A program made the position numbers and the translations under genes. The notes beneath the pieces are model-generated. The model ran no database searches. It was not told the origin of the DNA and worked only from the letters and a program-made list of their open reading frames with translations. Shown here piece after piece: positions 26,201 through 37,104 of a DNA stretch of 64,000 nucleotides (its first letter is position 1; each line of letters begins with the position of its first letter). This DNA is from Lama guanicoe (lineage: Eukaryota), in contig MU053588.1 in the NCBI GenBank assembly GCA_013239625.1, positions 3,500,799-3,564,798 on the forward strand, read 5' to 3'.

Positions 26201-29200
26201 ACAGAAGAGCTGGGAGCCAGAAGGGTGGGGTGGAGCCAGCTGCTACCTGTGTTCTGCCCGATGCTCTGCAGGAGCAGCGGGTACTTGGTCAGACGCTGCA
26301 TCTCCGTGGGGATCATGTCCTTCAGCTGCAGGCGGCGGCACCTCGGGCGGCTCTCGGCCTCCTGCAGGGGTGGCGGTGCTAGGGCTGGCCTTGGGGACCA
26401 AACGCCGCCCCCAGCCCATCTGCCCCCAGACCCCGGGGCCCAGACCCCCGCCTCACCTGCACAAAGGCACAGAACCGAGGATCCCTGCGCTGTTTGACTT
26501 TGAGCTGTTCTAAGGCAAATGACTGGCGGCTGCAGAAGCGGGAGGAGATTTTCTGGAACCAGGAGCCTTCGGCACCATCAAACTACAGCAAGATTCAGGC
26601 CAGGGAGGGTGTCTCAGGTGGGATTGGGAGGAGTAGGGCCTCGCACGGATGGCAGCCTAGATAGGAGGACAGGGCTAGGGACCCAGACCCTCTGGCCGTG
26701 GAGTGGGGCAGGGTGAGGCTGGAGACCTGTGCTCCTGGGGCCTGGATTCCGTGGGGGTGGGCGGGGATGGGGGAGGCTGGGTTGGGCGACCTCACCTGGG
26801 CCAGCAGCACATCTCCGATCTCCTCAATGAGACAGCCGCTCTCCTGCCTCCGCTTCATCAAGCGATCGAGGAACAGGGCTGTGGGGAGCAGAGAGGAAAG
26901 GGGGTGCTCTGTCAGGACCCGCAAGATTGTATGCAGAGCTGGTCAGGAGCTGGGGGGTGGTCAGGCTGCAGCTGGGCATGTCTGATCCTTGGGGGTGAGC
27001 CTGGCCGCCCCCTCCCCCCACCACATGCTTGATGATGTGCCCCTATAAGTGGAGCTCTGGGGTTCTGGGGGGGTTCCCAGTACTAGAACAGAGGCTGCCC
27101 GTTGTCATAGGTGAGCAAGGAGACCGTGCTAAGCTCCAGGGTAGTTGCTGAGGCTGCCAAGGAGGGAGCCGGCAGTGGGGCACATAGTAGGGCCACAGTC
27201 CTGCACTCACAATGCACCTCGATGAGTTCGTCGAGGCTGGGGAAGATGTTCTGTAGCTCATCCAGGGGGAAGAAGCCCGCGCCCACCATGGGCTGGTAGA
27301 AGAGGTCGTGGAGCACCCGGAGCATGCGCACGTGGGCCGCCTCCGTCACCAGCAGCTCTGCAGGGCCACCAGGCAGGAGGCATGGTTGGGGAGCATGCAA
27401 GCTATGGGGGGACAGTCTCAGAGGCAGGCTGGGGGATGAGGAGGAGGGGACAGGACACTGGGTGGAGTCACTTGCCCCTGAAATCGCCACTGAGAATTCC
27501 TTCACCCACAGCCTTTCTGCTTTGGCCATGGCAGCCAGCGAGGGTGACCACTGGTCCCAATTTGCCCTGTACCACGGGTTTCCCAGGACATGGGATCCTC
27601 AATGCTGAACCCGGGGAAGTTCCAGGCAAACCCAGACGAGTTAGTCACCTCACTGCCTGCGGCACATGTTTTGTATCTAATCATCCAAGTTTCTCAGGTC
27701 AGTTTCTGGGGCACGGATCCCAGATCATCAATGCACAGGGTGATGGCCTTGGATCCAGGGGCCCCCAGAGGGTGCATGCCTGAGTTCCCAGGGGCCCCAG
27801 AAGTCCCTGGAGACTAAATGTCTGATTTTGTGTGTTACACATGCATGTTTTTTCTGCTGAGAGAAACTGCTATGCTGTCTGACATGGTAGTCACTAGCTA
27901 CACACAGCTCGCCAAATTTTGCTTAATTAAAATAAAACAGAATGCAAAATTCAGTTCTCAGTTATATCCACCACACTTTAAGTGCTCAACAGCCATTGGC
28001 TGGTGGTTACTGTGCTGGAAAGCACAATAGTGCGTATTACCATCATTCCAGACAGATCATATCCTCAGAAGGATATGGCCCCCAAGTTCTGAATGAGAAC
28101 CCTTCCTACTATTAAGTAATCTGTAAACTAACTTCCAGCTGAGCTCCCAAAAGTCCTCTACATTTGCCAAGCCCCACTCTATACATGCACAATTTGAAAT
28201 CACAGCAAAGAATCACGGCGAAAACGAGACTCCCACCGTCTCTCTGCCCCGAAGTGAAGCACCACTAATATATTGATTATCTTTTCAAACTTTTCCCTGT
28301 GGGAATCTTTTTCTCCCCTGAGCGCTCAAGATCATAGTAATAATAGGGGTCACATTCAAATGCTCTCACCCTGTGTCCACCACTATGACAGTGCTCACCA
28401 ACCGTCTTATCTTCTGCTTCAGGAGTCTTTTTTTTTAAAGAAGTGACATTTATTTAAAACAAATTTTTTTGTTGTTTTGCTTTTTTTGGGGGGGGGGAGA
28501 TAATAATTAAGTTTATTTATTTATTTATTTAATGGAGGTACTGGGGATCGAACCCAGGACCTCGTGCATGCTAAGCATGTGCTCCACCACTGAGCAATAC
28601 CCTCCCCCACTTCGGGAGTCTTTTGAAGTAGAACTAACACTGTCCATGTTTCACAAATAAGGAAACAAAGGCTTAATGCTAGAAATACAGTTTTATAGCC
28701 CGTTTCTGGCTCTTAACACCAGCTCTGGCCTGGGCTACAAAGAATTCTTTGGAAACGTCATTTCAATTGCTGCATCCCTGTTCCATGGAGGCTTCTAGAA
28801 TTTACTTAACAAATAGTCCTCTGTGGTAAGAGACAGGCTGCCTTCAAGCTCAGCCTGTTGTAAACAACACTGAGGTGGACATCTCCCTGCATGTGCGCTG
28901 TGTCCTCGGCCGCAGTGGGTTGGAAGGGGTGGCACTCACCACTGATGACCTCTTGCCGCTTCACCTGGCTCTTGGGCAGGCTGTGCAGAGTGCCTGGGGG
29001 GACGAGCTCCCGCCAGCCAGGGGGTTCTTCTGGCTCCAGCTCGAGTCCCGACCGTCCCGGCTCCCCCTCATCTCCAGGCTCAGGGCTGTGGGACAGAGGT
29101 CTTTTTAGGGTCCTGGCTCAGGAGGTCCCAGGGAGGAGCCTTTGACTCCTTCGTGTCCAACCCCATCCCCCAGGGTGGCCCATGCTGCAGACCAGCCCCC

Positions 29201-32200
29201 AAATCTCTGGAAAGAAACCTCTTACCCCTCTCCTGTGACCACTGTAGGCCCTCAATGATCTCAGCATCTGATACCCAGTTCTCTGTAATTCTGGCAACAA
29301 CCCCCACCCCAGCCTCCCTGACTCTCCACGCTGCCTCACAGTGGATGGGGGGGAGGAGTGACGTACGTGGCTCGTCGGGCAGGGCCAAGCACGGCCGTAG
29401 CGGAGCTGGGGTCCATGTCCACGTCGCTCCGGGAGCGGCCCCCACCCCGGCCCTTAGCCCCGAGGCTGCCCCGGGAAGGCCGGCGGCGGTCACTCACCCG
29501 CAGGCTCTCCGAGCGCCCCAGACGCCCCGACAGCCTGGACCCCGAGGCCAAGGACAGAGTCAGGCAGAGGCCAGGACAGAGACAAGGAGATACCAAGACA
29601 GGGACAGAGATGGGGAGAGACCAGGACAGAGACAGATGGGGAGAGACCAGGACAGGGACAGACAGGGAAGGACCAAGGACAGAGACAGAGATGGAGGGGA
29701 GAGACCAGGACTAGGACAGATGGGGAGAGACCAGGACAGAGACAGAGACAGGGAGAGACCGGGACAGAGATCAAACATGCAACAGAAGAGAGGAGAGAGT
29801 CAGAAGGAGCAGTGGGACTTCGGGCGTTGGGGCAGTGGGGGGTGGTAAGGAGGGATACTGAAATTGGTGGGGGAGGGGAAGGGAACCCAGTATGGAGCAC
29901 AAGACTGACCCCTCCCTTCCCTGAGGCAGGAGGATAGGGGCAGAGCCAGGAGGTGAGGGAGGGAAGGGGGATTTCAATACTTAGCTCTTCGGCTGGGAGG
30001 GTGATGTCCCCACCCACCCCTCACAGGGGTGAAGGGGAGGGGGTGGCCCATGGGGAGAGGGGAGGGGCTGGGAGAAATGGGGGAGGGGCTAGCCCTCCCC
30101 CAACCCAGGGCCCAGGCACCCACCTCTTCCACCTTCTGGGGAGAGAGGGGCATAGGGTCAGAGGTTGACCCAGATGGAACCCGACTCACCTCCCCCACCC
30201 ACCAAAGGGTCCCCAAAGCAGCAGCACAAAGACAGGCAGGGGGCAGAGCCTGCCCCCCAACTGTGAGGGGGACAGGGCCCCCGGGGGCATGGAGCACAAA
30301 GGGGTTGGGGGTCGAGGGAAGGGGCACCAGGTGGCAGGAGCGAGGCAGCTGGGCTGGAGGCTTAGAAGAGAAGGGGGAAGGGATGGAAAAGTGGAGGAGA
30401 GGGAAGGGGGCCAGGAGGAGATGGANNNNNNNNNNNNNNNGGGGGGTGAGGGGAGAGGAGCATCAAAGGGCGAGGAAGGGGGAGGAAAGGAGAAAGAGGG
30501 AGGAAGCAGAGAAGAGAAAAAAAATCAGTGAAAAAGGAAGGAGAAGAGGAAGCGAAGGAAAAAGAGGAAGAAAGGAAAGGGGAGATGAGAAAAGACAAAG
30601 TAGAAGAAAAAGGGGAAAGACAGAAAGAGAGAGGAGCAGGGCAGAGTGGAGATGGCTCGGGGATAGGCAGGTGCAAATGGCAGCGCAACGCCCCCCACGC
30701 ACCCTCCCCGCACCCAGATAAGCATGATCCTCCACCCAGCCCCTCCCCTGCACCCAACCCTGGGCACCTCTCTGTGTCAGCACCCTCCTCGGTGCTCTCA
30801 GGGGGTGCCAGGGTCTCCAGGCTGGCCGGGCCCTGTGGGGGCGGGTCCCCCACCTCCGGGAGGGCGTCTACACCTGTAGGGGCAGCAAGGGGGCAGGGAG
30901 AGCAAGGCTGGTTGGAAGACTCCTGCCACAGTGAGCTCCACACCATGGGGACCTTAGTTCCTCTGCTGCAGAATCTGGGTTGGGGGCTAAAGCCAGCCAA
31001 TGCCTGGCGGACACCAAGTGGCTGCTCTGTACCTCAGTAGGGGATGGATGGATGGAATGACCTCTGAGAACACAGCTATGGTAGGCTGGGGCACGGTGGG
31101 TGAAGATGCCTCAAAACTAGGTATCAACTGTATAATCTGGGTGGAGACTGGATGCTATGCCCTTCGTGCCTCCACATCTGCTCACTCTCCCAACCCTCAA
31201 CCCAGACTTGTAGGAAGAGAATGTACCCCATTTAGAGATGAGGAGACTGAGGCTCAGAGGGGACCATATTCCTCGTTCTGCCCACATAGATTACAGCATC
31301 TCTCTGGAGCCCACTGGCCTCAACTTTAATAACACTGACCCTTCCCACAGCTTTTCTAGACCTCCCCAGTGAGCTAAGTACCTCCCATCAATTATCTCCT
31401 GTCATCCTGCAAGCAACCCCAAGGCAGGTACTATCATTTTCTCCATTTAACAGACAAGAACAATGAAGCCCAGAGAGGTGGGAAGGGTTTGCTCAGGATC
31501 ACAGAGCGGTAAGTGGTGGGGCAGAGATTCACCCCTGGCAGCTGACCCCGGAGTCCACTCTCTTAACCGCTAAAATCCTCCCCAAGCCTCTCTGAGGCTC
31601 AGAGAGGAGAGTGACTTCCAAGCTCTAACCCAAGGAAAGTGCAGAGCCAGGATGTGAACCCAGGCCTGGCCAGGTAACTATCTGAGATCCAGCAGGCTGA
31701 GGGCCACACAAGGATTGAGGCATGAAGCTCACGAGGGCAGCAGGGCTCACTAAGTGGCTGACTGGCAACAGAGAGGGTTCTGGGAAATGAACCCTGTGGG
31801 GTTCAGCTGTGGGGGCTGATGGGAAATGTAGTTCAAAGAGGTGGGGAAACACGTCACTAGGATAGAGGTCAGAGCCTGGCAGGAAAGCTGTGAAAAGGGT
31901 AAACTGAGGGAAGGGGGTGGTTATTCCAGGAGCAGGGAGGGGCATGCAGAGGACTAAGGAGTGGTTTTGCTGGTGGCCCAGGAAACTCTCACCTGGTTCC
32001 CGGTCAGGGCTGTCCCCAGGCAGAGGGTGAAGAGAAACTCCGGGGGTGTCCTGCCCAGATGCTCCGATATTCCGATCCCGGGAGGGCACCCCCAGGCCCC
32101 CCTTCCGTTCTGTAAGGCCTGGCTTCTCAGCTGGGAAGACATTGAGGGAAAAAGAGAGAAGTAAGAGTCTGGAGACTCTAATGCACAACAACCCGGGGAT

Positions 32201-35200
32201 CCAAGATGCTGGCTCTGCCTCGTCTTCCCCTTCACCCAGGACACCCCTCCTCCACTCTCAGACCCAGGAGTCCCAGCTGCCAGTCCGTCCTCCCTCAGAC
32301 TCAATTGGTCCTCCTCCCTCCCCTCTTAGGTCCTCAGGATGGATGCTCTGGCTTCAGGACCATTACCATCAGCCTCGGGTTTGAGGTGTCGAAAATCCGG
32401 GGCTGAAAAGAGAGGTGGGACCATGAGGTGGGGGTGGCATGCATCAGGAAGTCGGGGCAGGGCTGAAGCCAGGCACCTCACCCTGGGGCTCTCCCCGGTT
32501 CCAGCGGGCGGCATCCAGGAAGCTGCTCAGTCCTTTTTTGGTCTTGGTGGGCTCATCTGACCGCCGGTTCCCAATCACCTGTGGAAGGTAGGGGGAGGTG
32601 GGGCTGGACATTTCTGAGACGCCAACAAAGAGGAATTAGACCCCAGGGTTGCAGAGTCTTGAGGCTCCCCAGAGGGTCTCTAGGGAGGAAAGGGCCAGGT
32701 TTGGGCGCTTGGGGAAGCACCTTTTTCCGGAAGAAATTCCTTCCCGACTTTTTGTCCCCACTCTTAGTCCGCACTCCAAGGTGGCGCATGTACAGGCTGA
32801 TGGCGTTGACCACAGCGGCACTGCAGGGAGGGGATGGTGAGGACCTCGAAGTGCAGACGTGCACAGTCGTGCACGCTCTAATGGACACAGGTACACTGCC
32901 GCCTTCACAGATTCCCCTCTGCTAACTTCCCACCCCAGCCCCACAACCACTTCCTGCCGAGCATCTCTGAGGAAAGGGGAGAGAGAGGGTTCTAAAGGAC
33001 AGAGCCAAGGATGTGGCTCAACCCCTAGGCCCCCAGCCCCTCCTCCCTCGGGTTCAGGAGCCTAAACTCCCTCCCAGCCTCTCGGTTTCCATCACCTCTT
33101 TTCCTCATCGCCAGATATGGTGTGTCTGTAAGAAGAGAGAAGTTTGTGACAAGTTTGCTAAGCCTGGGGTCCTAGTCCACCCAGCACCAATGTCCAGATT
33201 GCTGTCCCCTTCAAAGCTGGGACAGGGAGACGGGAGAGGCAGACACGGGACTGCCGAAGCAGCTGGGAAAGCCAATCACGGGAGGATAGACTCGCATCTG
33301 GGCTGATGGGAGTTGCAAGAACAGGATCCAAACCTCAGGCCTGAACCAGATGATGACAAGACCCGGAAACTAGGAGGGACCCTAGAGGTGGGAAGGGAAG
33401 ACGCGAAACCAGATGGACTAAAACGCTGGGGCTAGGGCCCAGAAGTCAGGGGAAGAACCTAAACACTAGGAAATGAACCGGAAATGGCAGAGGACAGCCC
33501 GGAAATGGAACGGAAGGGAAGCAGACAGCAGAGGGGGTTCCTTGCTGGGGAGGGGCCAGCCCCGCTCACTGCATCTCCTCCAGGTGGGTCAGCTGCCGCT
33601 CAGCCAGGTGCCGCTCCCTGGCCTCGAAGCTCGCTCGGTCTCGCCCAACCCAGGCCCCCAGCTGGCCCAGCTCCTGCTCCCAGGGTGTCATGCCCATGAG
33701 CTTCTTGGAGCGGAAGTCCTCCAGCTGCTGGCTGACAATTGGCTGCTGTTTCTGCACCACCTCATGCACGAACTGTCGCTGGACGTCCTCAGGGAGGAGG
33801 TCAGGCCGTGTGCGGTCTGCAGGGACAGGGGCTGGGGATGGGGGCCAGTTCCTTGGGCTCCGAGTCCCTTCCAACCCTTGGACTCTGACAACCACACCTC
33901 CTTGGCTGCCGTGGCCACAAGGAAGGAAGGAAGGAATCTCTGCTGTCCAGGGAGCAGGAGGATGTGGCCTCCCTCTCTGGGGCTCTTGGCCCCTGCTAGA
34001 GACTGCTCCCTCATCCCGAAGTCCTTACCAAGTTCAAAGGCCACAGTGGGAGGGATCGGCACCCGAAGAATCTGTTCAGGAGAGAGAATGGAGTGAGGGG
34101 AGGACTCAGCAGCAAAGGGAGCAGTGATGGGGTCAATGGGATGGCAGCCCAGGTCCCGGACAATGCTCTGAGGGGAGGGAGCAGTGGAGAGAGGAGCAGG
34201 GTGGCTGTCCAGGGCTAAGAGGAGGGGATACTGGGCCCCCTGGAAGGTGTCTCTCACCGCAGTCTTATCCAGGAAGCTGTGGTAGAAATCTGTGAAGGCC
34301 TTCTTGGCCTCCTTGGGACTCAGTGGGCTGAGCATGTCCGCATGCAGGCAGCAGAGCTGGGGGAGACAGAGCGTGACAGCCCTCCCTCCCACCCCACCTG
34401 AACCACAGTGCCCCTTGGAAAGCCTTGGGGCGCACACTGTCTGGGAAGTGCTCCCTGATGCCCACCATCCCCACACCAGGCCCTCGCCTGCCTCTCTCAC
34501 AGCTTCCTGGGGCCACCACAGCAGCTAATTTTCTCTCCTGTGAAATGGTTCTCTGTGGTCCGTCTCCTCCCTGATGCTGCTGCTACCACCACCATCAGCT
34601 ACACTCACGAGTGCTGGGTGCAGACCTGATGCTGTCCAAACCCTCTATATGCATTAACCTGTTTGACCAGGGGGAGGACTATCATTATCCCATTTTACAG
34701 ATGAGAAAACAGCTTGCTCAAGGTCACATGGCTAGTAAGCAGCAAAGCTGGGACTGGATTTGAGGCAGCCTGTCTGCTGTTCTCTACTGCCTGGCAAGTC
34801 CATGAGTTACTTGAAGGTTAGTGTTGGGGGATAGGGTGGGAGGTTCTGATTCATCTGTATCCTAGACAAGGCCCAGTGCACAGCGGGGCTGGGTACATAC
34901 ACAGATGGACAAGTGGGACTCACTCACTCATTCATCAAGCATTCCCTGAGGCTGCCTGTGCAGCAGCCCTGTGCTAGGTGACGCTGGCAATGCTGTGGGG
35001 CCTCCAACCTGTCCTGGCTTCTGGGGGCTCTCTTCAGGTAAGAGACATGGTCTCAGTGTGCTAAAGACTTGCCCCTGTCACCTATGCTCGCCCCTTCCCC
35101 ACCCCCCATAAAGCAAACCTCCAAGAGAGGCCAACAGGAAACAGCTCAGGGGACCACAACTATCTCCCTGCCGCTTCCCCAGCCAATGAGGTGACAGCAG

Positions 35201-37104
35201 CATGAAGACCAATCTCAAAATACCAAAGGTCATCTGGGTCACCTCAGCCAAACCCCTGGCCCTTGCCAGGCCTCAGTTTCCACATTCCACAAGAGATACA
35301 GCAGTCAGCACAACCCCTGGGCTAAGTTCCAGGAGCTAGAGTTCTAGAACCCTCAGGCTCAGCACGGGGACCCGCCCACCCAGAGGGTCAGAGCCTCCAG
35401 CACCAGGGGAGGTGGCAGCCACCTTTCTGGAAAGAAGGCAATTTTCTCCTGATTTGCTGCCAGTTTCTGAAGCTTTGATGCCAGTCGATGCACCCTTCTC
35501 TCTGGGTCCCCAGGCGTCCCTCCCTGCCACTGCCATCAGTCTCCTTGTTTTCTGGAGGGATCTGCTATGCGTTTCCAGTACAACACAGTACCGTGGAATA
35601 ACCCCAGCTCCCAGCCTGCGCTGAGCTGCACTGGGTCTTCTTGGGATGGGACCCTGGTCCACGGAGCCCCGTCCAGCCAGCACTGTGGCTTCTTGCTCCC
35701 TAAGTCACCTGCTGGGTTCTCTAGACTCTGTAGGGGTTTTCCAGATGGCATGGCTCCACATCCATACACCTTTGGTATTTTCTGCCTGATACAAGGCTTC
35801 CAGATCATCTATTACATTCTCTCTGCCTCATGGGCAGCTTGTAGTGGTTTTCTTACTTCTGGACCAGAGCCTGCTGTGCCACCCGGAACTGAGAAGGCTA
35901 ACGGCTCTCTCCCAACCATCAGCCCCGAAGGACTGACTGGTGGCACCTGCTGAGGCTGTGCGGAGAATCTGATTTCAAGAGACTGTGGGAAAGGGCGCTG
36001 TCACTGATGGGTGATACTGCCATGGGCCCGGAAGGGGGCGGGGGCATGGTTTCCGCCAGGCTGCTGGATTCTTCGTGGCTCTGCACGACCCTGCCTGTTC
36101 CCACTGAATGCTGAGATTTAGCCCGGGCACCTGCAACACTGTCTTGCTCACATGACTGGCTTCCTGGCTCTCAAGCTGTGTGTTCTAGATCTGTCTTCCA
36201 GACCCTCCCGGCTCATTCTCACTGGTCTAACTCACTGAACACTGCAGCCTGTCCCAGCCCTCTCCACCCCGTGCCTACCCAGCCCTGCCCTCACCAAGGG
36301 TGCTGGCTCGAACTGCATGGCCACGTGCTGCAGGAGGGCCATGAGGTGGGCCGGGCGCCGTTTCACCTGCTCCAGGCTCTGGAACTGGTTGTTTTGCTCC
36401 TCTGGGTTCTGGGGGCGGGGATGAGAGTGAGACAGCGGGGAGCAGAGGAAGGTCTTTGGGACAGACCCTCTCTCTTTCCTGGCACATCCCAATGGATCCA
36501 AGCTGGGAGGTGGGGATGCTGACGGTGTCTCTGCCATGACAGTGGCAGTCAGGGGCGGGAAAATGGACGAGACTTCATGTTATAATGGTGAGTGATGAGG
36601 ACAGAAATCAGGAGAGATGGAACGGGGATCTGTGCTGCAGTTGTGGGGGCAGAAATAAAAGCTGGGGTTAGAGTAAATAGGTGAGAGTCTGTACTGTGAT
36701 GGGAGGCCTTGAGGATGGGGTTGGGGGACGAGGAAGTAGGTACCAGGAAGATTAAAGAAAAGAGAGATGGGCAGTGAGAGGAGGCAGAGACAGCATCTGA
36801 GGATGGAGAACAGGACAGAAGGCCTGAGGGGACACGGAGGATGGACTTTAGGGCTGGGGCCCCTGGGACAGAAAGAAGCTTTTCCATCCCACCTCCCTCT
36901 CACCGTCTTCAGCTCGTTTTCAAAATCCTCATCCTCAGCCCCGATGATGCTGACGGGCACCAGGCCAGGCCGGGGGGGCCCCGGGGCCTGTGGAAGGGGA
37001 GGGATGGCTTCAACCCAGGGTGTTCCCCACCTCACAGCCCCCAAGTCCCGTCACCCCCCCCCTCCACTCACCGCCCCTCGGGCGACAGCGTCTTCTGCTT
37101 CCAT
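23244..37104 (-). CDS. ARHGEF1: Rho guanine nucleotide exchange factor 1 (p115-RhoGEF/Lsc; RGS-like, DH, PH, C-terminal coiled coil), 914 aa core isoform
   Basis: 27 coding exons (high to low): 37104-37072, 36987-36904, 36408-36295, 34356-34258, 34071-34029, 33816-33570, 33125-33096, 32820-32721, 32578-32482, 32402-32367, 32130-31993, 30873-30768, 29085-28940, 27357-27211, 26878-26796, 26582-26457, 26361-26247, 26126-26026, 25887-25810, 25591-25516, 25428-25261, 24728-24641, 24519-24433, 24094-24027, 23940-23854, 23575-23412, 23327-23244. Total 2745 nt, with consistent phases. Hallmark peptides SIIGAEDEDFENE, ELLVTEAAHVRMLRVL, MQRLTKYPLLL, NLDITKKKLVHEGPLTW and VPQPGCT*. Confidence 0.97.
27865..28030. 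mobile_element. MER3-like hAT DNA transposon fossil
   Basis: GCTGTCTGACATGGTAGTCACTAGCTAC...AAAATTCAGTTCTCAGT...AAGTGCTCAACAGCCA...GTGGTTACTGTGCTGGA. Confidence 0.65.
28431..28608 (-). mobile_element. tRNA-derived SINE (camelid Vic-1-like) with target-site duplication
   Basis: Minus strand reads GGGGGAGGGTATTGCTCAGTGG (A box)...GGTTCGATCC (B box)...(AAAT)n and A-rich tail. Flanked by CTTC(A/G)GGAGTCTTT at 28417-28430 and 28610-28623. Confidence 0.85.
29367..29534 (-). CDS. ARHGEF1: ARHGEF1 alternative cassette exon (168 nt, 56 codons) in the RGS-DH linker
   Basis: CAG acceptor and GTACGT donor, symmetric phase 2/2, CpG-rich. Encodes RLSGRLGRSESLRVSDRRRPSRGSLGAKGRGGGRSRSDVDMDPSSATAVLGPARRAT, matching the long Lsc isoform insert as I recall it. 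Confidence 0.85.
29560..29772. repeat. Degenerate GA-rich minisatellite (CCAGGACAGAGACAGAGATGGGGAGAGA-like units)
   Basis: Several imperfect units immediately upstream (minus sense) of the ARHGEF1 cassette exon. Confidence 0.8.
30124..30135 (-). CDS. ARHGEF1: Candidate ARHGEF1 microexon (12 nt, or 9 nt via tandem acceptor) encoding (R)RWK
   Basis: Minus strand reads ctctgaccctatgcccctctctccccag|AAG|GTGGAAGAG|gtgggt. It has a branch-point-like CTGAC, a pyrimidine tract, a NAGNAG acceptor and a GT donor, and preserves the frame. Confidence 0.65.
30426..30440. other. Assembly gap (15 N) in an ARHGEF1 intron
   Basis: N run. Confidence 1.

Noticed and set aside
28530..28608. tRNA gene
   Set aside because: A and B boxes are present but are followed by an AT-rich SINE tail and flanked by a TSD, so it is a SINE head.
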